In this document: positions 17,826 to 28,470 of the stretch, in pieces
How the letters are laid out: each line of letters opens with the position of its first letter
How positions within the stretch are numbered: the first letter of the stretch is position 1
From: a virus
Lineage: Duplodnaviria; Caudoviricetes
Reading direction: 5' to 3' (one strand)
Virus record (IMG/VR): IMGVR_UViG_2974602183_000001
Coordinates: 48,107-112,106 of that record
Length of the DNA stretch: 64,000 nt
Notes under the pieces: generated by a model
Told to the model about the DNA's origin: nothing
Seen by the model: only the letters and a program-made list of their open reading frames with translations
Databases searched by the model: none
Program-made: the position numbers and the translations under genes

Positions 17826-20426
17826 ATGTCAAAAATAGCACTAATTGTACCTAAACCTACTAAAACCAACTTTTCTAAGTTGTTCGGTAGGGAAGTGGAT
17901 GTCTTTCCACTTACCACTCAATCAGTAAAACGAGTTTTGGTGAAGCACGTTGATATAGATATTGACGTGTATGAGTATGACTGGGTTATCCTAGTTGGTT
18001 CTGAACCATTAAAGTATTTTTCTAAGGAAACCTCTGTAGTAGATATGACTGGTATGCGTGTAGACGCTAAACCTAAGAAAGACTGGTCAGACTACGAGAA
18101 CTTCCTTTGTTCTATGAACCCTGCGGCGCTTTTCTTTAAGCCGGAGGGCAAGCCTGTGTTCGACCAAACGGTTGAGCGTCTAAATTCTCACATCGACGGA
18201 ACCTACGTAGAGCCAGAGAAAGTAATCTACAATATCTTCTGCAACCACACTACTCAAGAGGAGTTGGACGAGCAGGAAGATAACTTAGTTATTGGCTCCA
18301 TGACTGAGTTCAAGATGTACTTGCGTTCCGTACTAGGGATGCGTCCTAACGTAGTTGCTCTCGACTCGGAAACAGGAGGCTTTTACGCCAGAAATGCTGA
18401 GATGCTAGGAATATCAATGTCTCACTCCGAAGGCCAAGGGGTCTACGTAAACGCAGACTACTTCGACGAAGAAGTATTTAACCTCATCCAGAAGGTAGTG
18501 GATTGTGAAGACATTCATATAGTATTCCATAATACCAAGTTCGACTGGCACTGGTTTACTCATCACATGGGTATAAGCTTTGAGAAGTGTTTCAAAGAGA
18601 AACGCCTACACGATTCCATGATTCAGCACTATGTTCTGGACGAACGTAAAGGACACGGCTTAAAACCTCTAGCAATCAAGTACACCGATATGGGTAACTA
18701 TGATAAAAAGCTAGACGAATTCAAGTCTGAGTACTGTAAGGTGCACAAGATTAAGAAAGAGCAGTTCACCTATGACCTGATTCCTTTCCCAATCCTCGCA
18801 GCTTACGCTGCGAAAGATACGGACGCTACCATACGTCTACACAACAAGTTCTACCCAATCGTAATGAAAAACCCTCGTCTGAAGGAACTTTACGAGAACT
18901 TAATGATTCCAGGTATGCGATTCCTTAAGCGTATGGAAGACCGAGGAGTTCCGGTCTCTAAGAAGAGATTACGTGCAGCTCAAAAATTACTGCATGAAGC
19001 AATCTTCGAGGCTGAAGAAGAGCTTTACTCACACCCAGCAGTTATCGAGTTCGAAAAGCAGGAAGGTAAGAAATTTAATCCTCAATCCCCTATACAGCTA
19101 CGTGTTTTGCTGTTTGATATAGCAGGGTACCAGCCTACAGGGATTATGACAGACACAGGACAGGACTCCACTAACGCAGAAGTTCTAACCAAACTGTCAG
19201 AGTTCGGGGACTTACCTAAGTTACTACTAAAAGTGCGTAAAAACACCAAACTACTATCTTCTTTCATTAACAAAATGATTGATAACGTGGATTGGGATGG
19301 TCGTGTACGTACAGGTTTTGGTATCACTACAACTACCTCAGGCCGTCTATCGTCCTCTGGTACAATTAACTTGCAACAACTGCCTCGTGATAACCCAATA
19401 GTCAAGGGTTGTATTGTAGCTCCTCCAGGCTACAAGATTGTGGCAAAAGACTTGACAACTGCCGAGGTTTATTACGCGGCCGTACTGTCTGGAGACAAAG
19501 CCCTACAACAAGTGTTCGTTAACATGACTAACGAGCCTGATAAGTACGCGGACTTCCACTCCACTATCGCACACATGGTGTTCAACCTACCTTGTGAGCC
19601 TAACGAGGTTAAGAAGCTATATCCAGCGATGCGTCAAGCATCTAAGGCTATCACCTTCGGTATCTTGTACGGTTCTGGCCCTGCGAAAGTAATGGAGTCG
19701 GTAAACGAAGCTCTACTAGAGCAACACATCGAAATGGGTACTCCGTACAACCCATGTACTCTAGGAGATGCAAAAGGGTACATCGAAACTTACTTCGGTC
19801 GATTCCCTCAACTTAAGAAGTGGATTGAAGAATCTCACGACCAAATACGTCAGTACGGGTTTATCTACAGCTTCTACGGACGTAAGCGTAGACTGCACAA
19901 CATCAAGTCTGATGACCGTGGAGTTGTGGGTGGCGAAATCCGTTCAGGATTCAACGCTATCATTCAGTCAGCGTCTTCTGATTCCCTGTTGATGGGTTGT
20001 ATAGATGCGGATAATGAGATTGCTGAGCGTGGAATGGACGCAGAAATTGTGGCGCTAGTACACGACTCGATTGTCGCAGTTGTTCGTGAAGACTTAGTGG
20101 ACGAGTACTCTGAGCTTCTAGATAGAAATATCCAGAAAGCTAGATTCAATAGTCTTGGAGAGTTCTTAGGTATTGAGGGTACCCCTATCGGTATCGAAAG
20201 CGACTCTGAGAAAGGAGGCTCTGTAGACTATGGGTGTGGCAAGCTCAAGAAGATGTGGCCAGATTTGGCTGTGCTAGAAGACGAGAAGTTCGCTACGGAA
20301 GTAACGAGCTGGTTATCTAAGTACGAAACCGACCCTATCCCAGAGGATGACTTGCAGCCTCACGAAAAGGTCTGGGTTGAGAGAGCCGAAAGGATAAAGA
20401 CAGTGGTAGAGGAGGAGTATGCTTAA
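17826..20426 (+). CDS. pol: Family A DNA polymerase with 3'-5' exonuclease
   Basis: LDSET, FHNTKFD, YAAKD, TTSGRLSS, DLTTAE, RQASKAITFGILYG, LVHDS. Confidence 0.97.
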   Translation: MSKIALIVPKPTKTNFSKLFGREVDVFPLTTQSVKRVLVKHVDIDIDVYEYDWVILVGSEPLKYFSKETSVVDMTGMRVDAKPKKDWSDYENFLCSMNPAALFFKPEGKPVFDQTVERLNSHIDGTYVEPEKVIYNIFCNHTTQEELDEQEDNLVIGSMTEFKMYLRSVLGMRPNVVALDSETGGFYARNAEMLGISMSHSEGQGVYVNADYFDEEVFNLIQKVVDCEDIHIVFHNTKFDWHWFTHHMGISFEKCFKEKRLHDSMIQHYVLDERKGHGLKPLAIKYTDMGNYDKKLDEFKSEYCKVHKIKKEQFTYDLIPFPILAAYAAKDTDATIRLHNKFYPIVMKNPRLKELYENLMIPGMRFLKRMEDRGVPVSKKRLRAAQKLLHEAIFEAEEELYSHPAVIEFEKQEGKKFNPQSPIQLRVLLFDIAGYQPTGIMTDTGQDSTNAEVLTKLSEFGDLPKLLLKVRKNTKLLSSFINKMIDNVDWDGRVRTGFGITTTTSGRLSSSGTINLQQLPRDNPIVKGCIVAPPGYKIVAKDLTTAEVYYAAVLSGDKALQQVFVNMTNEPDKYADFHSTIAHMVFNLPCEPNEVKKLYPAMRQASKAITFGILYGSGPAKVMESVNEALLEQHIEMGTPYNPCTLGDAKGYIETYFGRFPQLKKWIEESHDQIRQYGFIYSFYGRKRRLHNIKSDDRGVVGGEIRSGFNAIIQSASSDSLLMGCIDADNEIAERGMDAEIVALVHDSIVAVVREDLVDEYSELLDRNIQKARFNSLGEFLGIEGTPIGIESDSEKGGSVDYGCGKLKKMWPDLAVLEDEKFATEVTSWLSKYETDPIPEDDLQPHEKVWVERAERIKTVVEEEYA

Positions 20427-20901
20427 CGCAAAGTTTCCTCTCTACGCGCTAAGAGCTAACTTTGGGAGGGTCGAAGACCCTCCATATATTCTTATAAATT
20501 CCAGATACCGACAGTATATACTAGACATGCCGTCACTACCTGGAAACTACTTCGAAAGGAGGCTAAAGTTGGCAGAGATGGATACAGGACTACCACTGTA
20601 TCCGTTAAAGGAAAAGTACACTACCATAGCACAAATCCTACGCAATCCCCGAAGGCGGGAGTTTATAGATTCTGATGGAAAAATATGGAAGATTAGTAAG
20701 TGCAAAACCTACCCTATTTCTTCCCATAAAGTATTACACCGCTCTAGAACTTGGAATGGAAAGTATCTGTTACAGACTAGGGTTGGTAACTTCGTAACGT
20801 CAGAAGCTGGAGACTATGTAGTAGTGGTGGACACTCCGAAAGGCAGGATTTTATTCGATGTCTCGGATAAGCCCTCGGAGCGTGTGAGAATCAAGCTGTG
20901 A
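20419..20901 (+). CDS. Conserved T5-like hypothetical protein between pol and D10
   Basis: Overlapping ORF, FIDSDG motif, syntenic. Confidence 0.8.
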   Translation: MLNAKFPLYALRANFGRVEDPPYILINSRYRQYILDMPSLPGNYFERRLKLAEMDTGLPLYPLKEKYTTIAQILRNPRRREFIDSDGKIWKISKCKTYPISSHKVLHRSRTWNGKYLLQTRVGNFVTSEAGDYVVVVDTPKGRILFDVSDKPSERVRIKL

Positions 20902-22250
20902 AAATAGTTCTATCTAATAAAATATATTTAAAACCGGATGAGGAGCTGAAGGAGAGACTACAGAAGCAGCTTACTTACGAGATTATAGACCCCCAAGCTA
21001 CCTACCCGAGATACGTCTCTCATTTCGGGCAAGTAGCGGGAGATGTTTACTGGATGCCAAATACTAGGCTAGACTTGTTGAAAGGGATTGACCTAGAGAT
21101 AGTAGACAAGAGGATTTCTGTACCTGCTGAAATACCTGAGCCGGAGTTTGCCTTACGAAGCGACCAAGCGGAGATTTGTGAGGATGTAGATGGCGACTGT
21201 ATAATCAATGGTGCGCCAGGTTTCGGTAAGACCATTAGTGCCTTGTTCTTGGCGTATAAGTTCCAGCAAAAAACTCTAGTAGTCTGTACAAACACGAACA
21301 TCAGGGCTATGTGGGAGAAGGAAATTAAGAAATGGTTCGGCTTTACTCCTGGAGTCATAGGTGGAGGTAAGTACGAAACCGACCCACCTATTGTAGTAGC
21401 CAATATTCAGACCGTTAGGAAGTATGGCTCAGACTTATCTGATAAGTTTGGCTTACTAATCGTAGACGAGGCACATCACTGTGTAGCAGCTACCTTTGAA
21501 CTATTGGTTATGTTCTCCAAGGCTAAAATCAAGGTGGGACTAACCGGTACTTTATGGAGAAAGGATGGACTTCACGTATGCTTCTCTAACTTCTTTGGTA
21601 ATAAAGTATATACACCGGCAGAGAACAACACCTTGCCTCCTACAATACACATGTACGAGCTAGACTGTGAGATTCCTGGGGGCTCAGACACTCCGTGGGC
21701 ACTAAGAGTCAACGAGCTCTACAAAGACCCTGAGTACTTCCACACAGTAAAGGCCTTAGCCAATGCTTATGCTAAGCTAGGACACAAGGTCTTGGTCGTA
21801 AACGACCGAGTAGAGATGCTAGAAGAATGGAACAAGGATAACCAAGTAGACTCTTACATCATCACTGGAAACGTCGATATGGACGATAGGCTAGAGATAA
21901 TGGATACTGTGGCGGATGCCGTGGAACCTACTATTCTGTGGGCTACGCAGTCTATATTTGCAGAAGGTGTATCTTTGGACGAGCTTAGTTGTGTTATCCT
22001 AGCCACCCCTACTAATAATAAGTCCTTAGTGGAGCAGATAGCTGGACGTATTCAGCGTATAGCTGTAGGCAAGGAATTACCTGTGGTGGTAGACCTAGGC
22101 TTGCAAGGAAATACAGGTCGCAGACACAAGGGAACTAGAAAAGGAATTTACCAAGGACGAGGTTGGGAAATGGTTCGTTACACCAAGAAGAGACTTGGAC
22201 TCGAATTAAAGGAAAAAATCAATAGCCAAGAAGGTGAAACATTGATATAA
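20898..22250 (+). CDS. D10: SF2 branch-migration helicase D10 (UvsW-like)
   Basis: GAPGFGKT, DEAHH, GLTGT, QIAGRIQR; 450 aa. Confidence 0.93.
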   Translation: MKIVLSNKIYLKPDEELKERLQKQLTYEIIDPQATYPRYVSHFGQVAGDVYWMPNTRLDLLKGIDLEIVDKRISVPAEIPEPEFALRSDQAEICEDVDGDCIINGAPGFGKTISALFLAYKFQQKTLVVCTNTNIRAMWEKEIKKWFGFTPGVIGGGKYETDPPIVVANIQTVRKYGSDLSDKFGLLIVDEAHHCVAATFELLVMFSKAKIKVGLTGTLWRKDGLHVCFSNFFGNKVYTPAENNTLPPTIHMYELDCEIPGGSDTPWALRVNELYKDPEYFHTVKALANAYAKLGHKVLVVNDRVEMLEEWNKDNQVDSYIITGNVDMDDRLEIMDTVADAVEPTILWATQSIFAEGVSLDELSCVILATPTNNKSLVEQIAGRIQRIAVGKELPVVVDLGLQGNTGRRHKGTRKGIYQGRGWEMVRYTKKRLGLELKEKINSQEGETLI

Positions 22251-22462
22251 TACTTCTCAGAAATCGAGATAGAAGAAGTGCAAAACCGACCCTAACTTAA
22301 AAAGTTAAAATTTCGGTAGCTTCGAAGCTCCATTTATTATATAATATTTATAGAAATTGAGAAGTTTAGAAATCCTTCCTGAAAGTTCCCTCAACACTTC
22401 AAGACCCGTGTAGTAAATAATTTAAAATTTTTCTTGCTACACGGAGTTATTTAGGATATAAT
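22222..22462 (+). promoter_or_regulatory. Three tandem promoter-like elements before the D11 operon
   Basis: TAGCCA..TATAAT, TAGCTT..TATAAT and TTGCTA-17-TATAAT (22434-22462). Confidence 0.65.
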
Positions 22463-22473
22463 ATCCATCCAAA

Positions 22474-22836
22474 ATGAAATTCTTCAACTACGAAGCGCTT
22501 TACTTACTAGCACTTGGAAACTCTGAGGTTATGGTTAAGCTCTTTGAAGATTACGTTGCTGATAATACGGGGCACGATGTACTTAACGGGGACAACTTCA
22601 TACTGAATCCTCAAGTAGTAACTCAAAACCCCTACAACCTAACGTATCAGCAGCGCGCAGAGTATTTAGGACTCTGCTCCTTACGTAACTATCAAACCTA
22701 CGCAACAACAGGGTATACAGACTTAAATATGGCATACGTACCTGAGTACATCGAGCCAAACGTCGTCAAATCAAACCCACTAATCCGCATTAACAAAACT
22801 GAATTAATCTTTATAGAGGAAAGCATATGTCATTGA
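22474..22836 (+). CDS. Conserved T5-like hypothetical protein (120 aa)
   Basis: AEYLGLCSLRNY motif; precedes D11. Confidence 0.8.
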   Translation: MKFFNYEALYLLALGNSEVMVKLFEDYVADNTGHDVLNGDNFILNPQVVTQNPYNLTYQQRAEYLGLCSLRNYQTYATTGYTDLNMAYVPEYIEPNVVKSNPLIRINKTELIFIEESICH

Positions 22837-23531
22837 ACTGGGGCGAAGCTCGCGGCGAAGCACAAAAATCTGAAGTAACACACATGAAACTAACTAACGG
22901 CAACACTCAATTCCGTATCGTATCTGGCGTACTAGCCCGTATGGATTACTGGGTGCACAACTCCGAAGGTAAACCTCGCCCGTTTGAGTGCCTACGTTAC
23001 GACCGCAAACTAGAGAAGTTTGTTGGTGGCGCTGACCCAATCCAAGAAGTAGGTCTTCAAGAAAAAGACCCAGATAACCCAGGCCAAATGCGTCCACTAC
23101 GCTGCAAGCGCGCGTATAAGTGCATGGTTATCAACCGTAAAACTGGTAAGCTAGAAGCTATGGACTTGAAAAAGTCAATCTTCGATGGTATCATGGAAAC
23201 TATGGAAGAGCTGGGTATTCAAGACCCAACTACTGTAGATTTCGTTGTGAAGCGTACTGGTGAAAAATGGAACGAAGTCAAGTACAGCATCAACCAGCTT
23301 GCGACATCTCGCCTAATGGGCGATGAAGAAGTTGCAGCAATGCACGAAGCTGATAAGGAAATTATCGCTACAATGAAGCCTATCGACGAGCTATTCCCAC
23401 GTATGACTCCAGAAGAGCAGCGTAAAGAGCTACAATCTTGGTTATCAGGTGGCTCAGCTAGCGGCAAAAACGAAAAAGATTCAGGTGACGACAGCGCAGC
23501 TGATGAAGCAATTAGCGAACTAGACGACTAA
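22827..23531 (+). CDS. D11: D11 single-stranded DNA-binding protein
   Basis: Acidic C-terminal tail; position as in T5. Confidence 0.8.
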   Translation: MSLNWGEARGEAQKSEVTHMKLTNGNTQFRIVSGVLARMDYWVHNSEGKPRPFECLRYDRKLEKFVGGADPIQEVGLQEKDPDNPGQMRPLRCKRAYKCMVINRKTGKLEAMDLKKSIFDGIMETMEELGIQDPTTVDFVVKRTGEKWNEVKYSINQLATSRLMGDEEVAAMHEADKEIIATMKPIDELFPRMTPEEQRKELQSWLSGGSASGKNEKDSGDDSAADEAISELDD

Positions 23532-23540
23532 TTAATGTTT

Positions 23541-23564
23541 AAGGGAGCTTCGGCTCCCTTTCTT
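23541..23564 (+). terminator. Intrinsic terminator after D11
   Basis: AAGGGAGC-TTCG-GCTCCCTTTCTT. Confidence 0.85.
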
Positions 23565-23577
23565 GTTGGAGAACTAC

Positions 23578-24543
23578 GTGAAAATACTGTTTAGTGCCGA
23601 TTGGCATATAAAAATAGGGCAACGTAAAGTCCCCGAGGCTTGGCAAAGAAATAGGTTCCATATGATGGTAGACGAGCTTAACAAAGTTGAGGCTGACCTA
23701 CACATCATAGGAGGCGATATCTTCGATAAGGCTGATGCTTCCTTGAAAGAGATTGAGCTATATTTCGAACTTATTGCCAAGCTGACACACAAAACGATAA
23801 TCTATTCTGGCAACCATGAAGCCAAGACCAAATCTTATGGCATCCTCCACTACCTAGCAGAAGAAACCACTCGCTGCAACCCATTAGTACAAGTAGTACT
23901 AGAACCTTACCGCTCTAAAGAGTTTGATATTATAGACTTTTTCGAGCTACACAAGGATTGGGAGCCTAGGACTTCAGATATTCTGTTCACGCACGTACGT
24001 GCAGAGCTTCCTGAGCATATGAAAACAGAGCCAGAAATAGACTTAGCCAAGTTTGACGACTACGCAATCGTATTTGCAGGTGACTTGCACGCTCACTCTA
24101 TGTCTCAGAAGACAGCAGGTGGTACGCCTATTATCTACCCAGGGAGCCCACTAACAACTTCGTTCCATAGAGAATTGGTAGAGGGAGAGAATGGGTACCT
24201 TATTATTGATACGGAACTTGGTGATTGGACTTTTCATAGCCTGGATACTTTACCGCAGCTACTTAGACTCAAAGTAGACTCGGAAGCGGCTATGAAGGAA
24301 GACCCATACCACAGGGTAATATACGAACTTGAGGGTGACTTGCAAACCCTTGGTAAGGTAAAAGATGCCGACTTACTAGATAAGAAGGTAAACATCAGCG
24401 TCAGTAAAGATGCTACCCTAGAATTAGAGGGCTTAACAGTAGAAGAAGAACTAGCTATATACCTCGCAGAAGTAGAGGGGCTAGAACCACACACTATTAA
24501 GCGTATTATGAAGAGGTTTGCTAGTGCAGTTAAAACTTCATGA
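23578..24543 (+). CDS. D12: SbcD/Mre11-like nuclease D12
   Basis: ADWH, GGDIFD, GNHE, GDLH, YPGS. Start set at the GTG after GGAG. Confidence 0.92.
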   Translation: MKILFSADWHIKIGQRKVPEAWQRNRFHMMVDELNKVEADLHIIGGDIFDKADASLKEIELYFELIAKLTHKTIIYSGNHEAKTKSYGILHYLAEETTRCNPLVQVVLEPYRSKEFDIIDFFELHKDWEPRTSDILFTHVRAELPEHMKTEPEIDLAKFDDYAIVFAGDLHAHSMSQKTAGGTPIIYPGSPLTTSFHRELVEGENGYLIIDTELGDWTFHSLDTLPQLLRLKVDSEAAMKEDPYHRVIYELEGDLQTLGKVKDADLLDKKVNISVSKDATLELEGLTVEEELAIYLAEVEGLEPHTIKRIMKRFASAVKTS

Positions 24544-26395
24544 GTTCTTGTTTGACAATGTTTTTGCTTACGGAGAGGGGAACTTAATCTCTTTTGACGA
24601 AGCCAGGGTCACTCAAATAATCGGTGCCAATGGTAGCGGTAAGAGCTCAATCCCAGGAGCTTTAGAGGAGCTGCTGTATAATAAAAACTCTAGAGGGGTT
24701 AAGAAAGCCTCTGTAAAGAATCGCTACTCAGATAACTACAGTATGAAAGCTACCTTCTCCATCGGGGATGACTTCTTCGAAGTAGAGAAGATAGCCAAGT
24801 CTACTGCTAAGGTTAAGTTGCTGAAGAACGGTCAAGACATAAGTGGACATACAGCCACACAAACGTACAAAATCCTAGAGAAAGAAATTGGTTTGGATTT
24901 CTCAACATTCTCTAAGTTAGTATATCAGTCAATGAAGTCTAGTCTAGATTTCCTTACTGCAACAGATACTAACCGTAAGAAGTTCTTAGTGGGACTTTTA
25001 GGCTTAGAAGAATATGAAAAAATTGAGAGCCAATTAAAAGAATATTCTAAGGATTGTTCAAACGACGTTCAAAGAATCAAGGGCGCGCTAGACTCGACAT
25101 CTAGCTGGCTATCTCGTCATTCTTCCATCCCTGATTTAGAAGAAACGGTAGAAATTCCAGAATTCGACGAGACCCTTACCGATGACATTGCTAACCTCCG
25201 AGCAAAAGTGAGCGGAACAACTGAGCGCAATGAAAGAATCGGCAAACAAAAGCTTACAGTAGCCGCAGCAAAAAATAAACATAAAAAAGCGCAGCAAGAC
25301 CTTGAGGCTTTAGGAGAAGCCCCGGAGGAAGCAGACGATAGGTCAGCAGAGCTACAGAAAGTAAATAATGAGCTGAGCACTGTGAAAGCTAATATGGCCA
25401 CAGAGAAAGCTACATACGTTAAGTTCAAGGACTCTGCGGAGAACACGGAGTGCCCAACCTGTGGCTCGTCACTAGACGTGACGGAAGCAGAGAAAGCTAG
25501 AGACGCTGCTAAAGCAAGATGGCTAGCTTTAAGACCAGAGCGAGATAAGCTTGAAGAACAGGTTACGGCCTTAGAGGCTGAGCAGAGTAAGCATAAAACC
25601 TATGCTAATTATGTAAGACGTTCTGAGACCCTGACTAACATGTTACAGTCAGCAGAAGAGTATTTAACTCAAACCTTGGAAAACTGCCCAGACTACGAAA
25701 CAGAGCCAGAAAGTGTCGAAGACCTAGAAGAACAACTACGCAAGCTGACAAGACAGTCCCAACAACTAAGACGCGAAATTGACAGGGCTACGGAACACAA
25801 CTCTGCCGCAGAGCAAAACAACGCTAAGCGAGAGCAGATTCTAGAGCAGTTGGACGAACGTAGACAAGAACTACAAGAACTAGAAAAGGAGTTCGAATTA
25901 GCGAATGACAAGCTATCTGATTACAAAGTACTTACTAAAGCCTTCGGTGCAAAAGGGCTTGTGGCGTACAAGATTGAAAGCTCAATTAAGTCTCTTGAAG
26001 AAACGCTTAACGAGTACCTATCAGAGCTTACGGCGGGACAATTCGCGTTAGGTTTTGAGCTGTCTGGGACCAAGCTCGACGTTGTCGTATACGACAATTC
26101 TGAGCTGGTAGAGGTGAACTCTCTAAGCTCTGGTGAGTTTGCTAACGTGCAAGTGGCTACTTTACTAGCTATACGCAAAATACTTAGTACTCTAAACTCA
26201 GTAGATATCAACGTACTGTTCTTAGACGAAATTATTTCTGTTATCGACCCTCTAGGGCGTGACAGGTTAGTAGATTTACTACAGAAAGAAACGGAACTTA
26301 ACACATTCCTAGTTTCCCACGGCTATGAGCACCCACTTACTAATAAGCTGTACGTCTCTAAAGAGGACGGGTTTTCAAAGGTTAGGAAAGGCTAA
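24518..26395 (+). CDS. D13: SbcC/Rad50-like ATPase D13
   Basis: GANGSGKS, coiled coil, CPTC hook, LSSGE, FLDE, VSH. Confidence 0.95.
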   Translation: MLVQLKLHEFLFDNVFAYGEGNLISFDEARVTQIIGANGSGKSSIPGALEELLYNKNSRGVKKASVKNRYSDNYSMKATFSIGDDFFEVEKIAKSTAKVKLLKNGQDISGHTATQTYKILEKEIGLDFSTFSKLVYQSMKSSLDFLTATDTNRKKFLVGLLGLEEYEKIESQLKEYSKDCSNDVQRIKGALDSTSSWLSRHSSIPDLEETVEIPEFDETLTDDIANLRAKVSGTTERNERIGKQKLTVAAAKNKHKKAQQDLEALGEAPEEADDRSAELQKVNNELSTVKANMATEKATYVKFKDSAENTECPTCGSSLDVTEAEKARDAAKARWLALRPERDKLEEQVTALEAEQSKHKTYANYVRRSETLTNMLQSAEEYLTQTLENCPDYETEPESVEDLEEQLRKLTRQSQQLRREIDRATEHNSAAEQNNAKREQILEQLDERRQELQELEKEFELANDKLSDYKVLTKAFGAKGLVAYKIESSIKSLEETLNEYLSELTAGQFALGFELSGTKLDVVVYDNSELVEVNSLSSGEFANVQVATLLAIRKILSTLNSVDINVLFLDEIISVIDPLGRDRLVDLLQKETELNTFLVSHGYEHPLTNKLYVSKEDGFSKVRKG

Positions 26396-26610
26396 TGCAG
26401 GAACTATTCGATAAACAAAAGAGCGCCTACGAAAGGCTTCTTTACTGCCTAGATGGGAGACATGCCGACCTAGTGCTAGGAAACAAAGGTGACGCGGACC
26501 AATGGATACGCCATATAGATAAAGCGTATGAGGACTATAGGGATACTACGGAAGAACTAGAGCTCGCTCTAAAAGGTACGTTAGCAATTCAAGGAGGGGA
26601 CAATGGCTAA
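26395..26610 (+). CDS. Hypothetical protein
   Basis: Overlaps both neighbours. Confidence 0.7.
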   Translation: MQELFDKQKSAYERLLYCLDGRHADLVLGNKGDADQWIRHIDKAYEDYRDTTEELELALKGTLAIQGGDNG

Positions 26611-27097
26611 TTCACGAGATAAAGGTCAGAGAGCCGAGTATGCTGTCAGAGACCTACTTAGGGCTGCCACAGGAGCACAATGGGAACGAGTTCCCGGCTC
26701 CGGTGGGTTTGGCTCACAACACGGGCTTAAGGGAGATATTTATCTCCCTAACTCCACAGGCCTAATGAGCCTGTACTGTATTGAGGTTAAACACTACGCG
26801 GATGAGCAGTTTAACTCTAATATGTTAAAGCAAACAAAGACACAAAGTCAAATGGAAAAGTGGCTCCTGCAAACAGAGCGTGAAGCTGGAGAAATGAATG
26901 CTAGACCAGTTCTAGTGTTTAAGAAGGATAGAGGCCCTTGGTTCGTAGCCATAAGAACGAAAGACCCTCTAGTGGAGAAGGTAGTTAGTGAAGTACCTTA
27001 CGCCATTATCAAAGTATCGGATGACGTAGAGGAATACTTTGTAGTAGATTTCAAAGCATTCTTAAATAATATTAAGTTGGAGGATTTAGCTAAATGA
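26603..27097 (+). CDS. D14: D14, PD-(D/E)xK Holliday junction resolvase-like
   Basis: SRDKGQRAE, RVPGSG, GDI, IEVK. Confidence 0.88.
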   Translation: MANSRDKGQRAEYAVRDLLRAATGAQWERVPGSGGFGSQHGLKGDIYLPNSTGLMSLYCIEVKHYADEQFNSNMLKQTKTQSQMEKWLLQTEREAGEMNARPVLVFKKDRGPWFVAIRTKDPLVEKVVSEVPYAIIKVSDDVEEYFVVDFKAFLNNIKLEDLAK

Positions 27098-28008
27098 TGC
27101 AAGGCTGGGAATTACCGAAGAAAGATGAACGAAAGACAGGTAAAAACCTGCTAATTGTGGATGGATTTAACTTAGCTTTCCGATGGAAGCATAAAGGGCA
27201 GTCTGAGTTTGCTACAGACTACCTAAAAACAGTTAACTCTTTAGCTAAATCCTATAGCTGTGAAGATATTGTGGTGTTGTCCGACCATAAAGGCTCCTAC
27301 CACAGAAAAGAGCTGTATGAAGGCTACAAAGGAAACCGAGACTACAGCAAACAGACAGAGCAAGAAAAAGAAGCAGCTATGGAGTTCTTCGCCGGGTTTG
27401 ATAGAACTATAGACCTAATTACTCGTAGCAGTATGCACTTGGTTAGGTTTACGGGCATTGAGGCGGACGACTTCGCTGCATACCTAGTTATGGGCTTAGA
27501 AGGTGTCTATGATAATATCTGGCTAATCTCAACGGATAAGGACTGGGATGAGTTGCTAAGCCCTAAAGTACACCGATTCTCCTATGCTTCTAGGAAAGAG
27601 TTCTTCTTCAACAATGGAGAAGAAGGGTGTAACTTCTTTGACGAACATGCCTGCGATAACCCTGAACAGTATGTTCTTATGAAGTGCCTAAAAGGAGACC
27701 TATCGGACGGTATTCGTGGAGTAGAAGGAATCGGAGATAAACGAGCCTACAGCATAATCCGAAACTACGACAGCCTTTACGAGCTAATTGATGACTTGCC
27801 ACTACCCGGTAAGCAGAAGTACATACAAAACCTCAATGCTTCAGAGGAAATCCTAGAGCGTAATCTGATGTTAATGGACTTAAAAACCTTCAGTCCTGAG
27901 ATTATCGCAGAAAACCCTGAAGCCCTTGAGTACGTCGATAACTTAATTGACACACTGACTAACCAAATTCACGATAGTATTGATGTGGAGGACATTTCAG
28001 AGCTATGA
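27094..28008 (+). CDS. D15: 5'-3' flap endonuclease D15
   Basis: IVDGFNL, YKGNR, EADD, STDKD, GDLSDGIRGVEGIG. Confidence 0.95.
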   Translation: MMQGWELPKKDERKTGKNLLIVDGFNLAFRWKHKGQSEFATDYLKTVNSLAKSYSCEDIVVLSDHKGSYHRKELYEGYKGNRDYSKQTEQEKEAAMEFFAGFDRTIDLITRSSMHLVRFTGIEADDFAAYLVMGLEGVYDNIWLISTDKDWDELLSPKVHRFSYASRKEFFFNNGEEGCNFFDEHACDNPEQYVLMKCLKGDLSDGIRGVEGIGDKRAYSIIRNYDSLYELIDDLPLPGKQKYIQNLNASEEILERNLMLMDLKTFSPEIIAENPEALEYVDNLIDTLTNQIHDSIDVEDISEL

Positions 28009-28430
28009 GACCAGTATTTCAAGTAGAAAACGAAGGCTGTACACCAACCCTAGGTTCGGAGATGGCGGGAGGCATAGACCTCCGAGTAAACGCGAAAAAT
28101 CAGTGGATTGACCCAGGCGTAGAATATCATTTCAGCCTAGGTGTTCGTTGCGCTATACCTAAAGGATGGGTTGGGTTGATATTCCCGCGCAGTGGGCTAG
28201 GGGTTAAGTACAAGCTTCGCATACTTAACACCGTAGGTGTTATTGATGCGGACTATAGGGGCGTTATCCGACTAGCATGTACCTTTGAAAAGGGTTTCTG
28301 GATGGAAGACTTTGAGCGTATGTGTCAGATGGTGTTAGTACCCTGCAGAACCGATTTTGTAATCGGGGATGTTGATGTAGAAGAAACCGAAAGAGGCGAA
28401 GGCGGATACGGAAGCTCCGGTCGCACGTAA
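28005..28430 (+). CDS. dut: dUTPase
   Basis: GIDL, PRSG, GVIDADYRG, RGEGGYGSSG. Confidence 0.96.
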   Translation: MRPVFQVENEGCTPTLGSEMAGGIDLRVNAKNQWIDPGVEYHFSLGVRCAIPKGWVGLIFPRSGLGVKYKLRILNTVGVIDADYRGVIRLACTFEKGFWMEDFERMCQMVLVPCRTDFVIGDVDVEETERGEGGYGSSGRT

Positions 28431-28431
28431 T

Positions 28432-28467
28432 AAAAACCCCAGAGTCCTGTAGGACTCTGGGGTTTTT
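28432..28467. terminator. Bidirectional terminator between early and late modules
   Basis: AAAAACCCCAGAGTCC-tgta-GGACTCTGGGGTTTTT. Confidence 0.9.
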
Positions 28468-28470
28468 GCT

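Noticed and set aside
17826-20426. Intein or intron in DNA polymerase, helicases or terminase
   Set aside because: Lengths and motif spacing match uninterrupted T5-like proteins.
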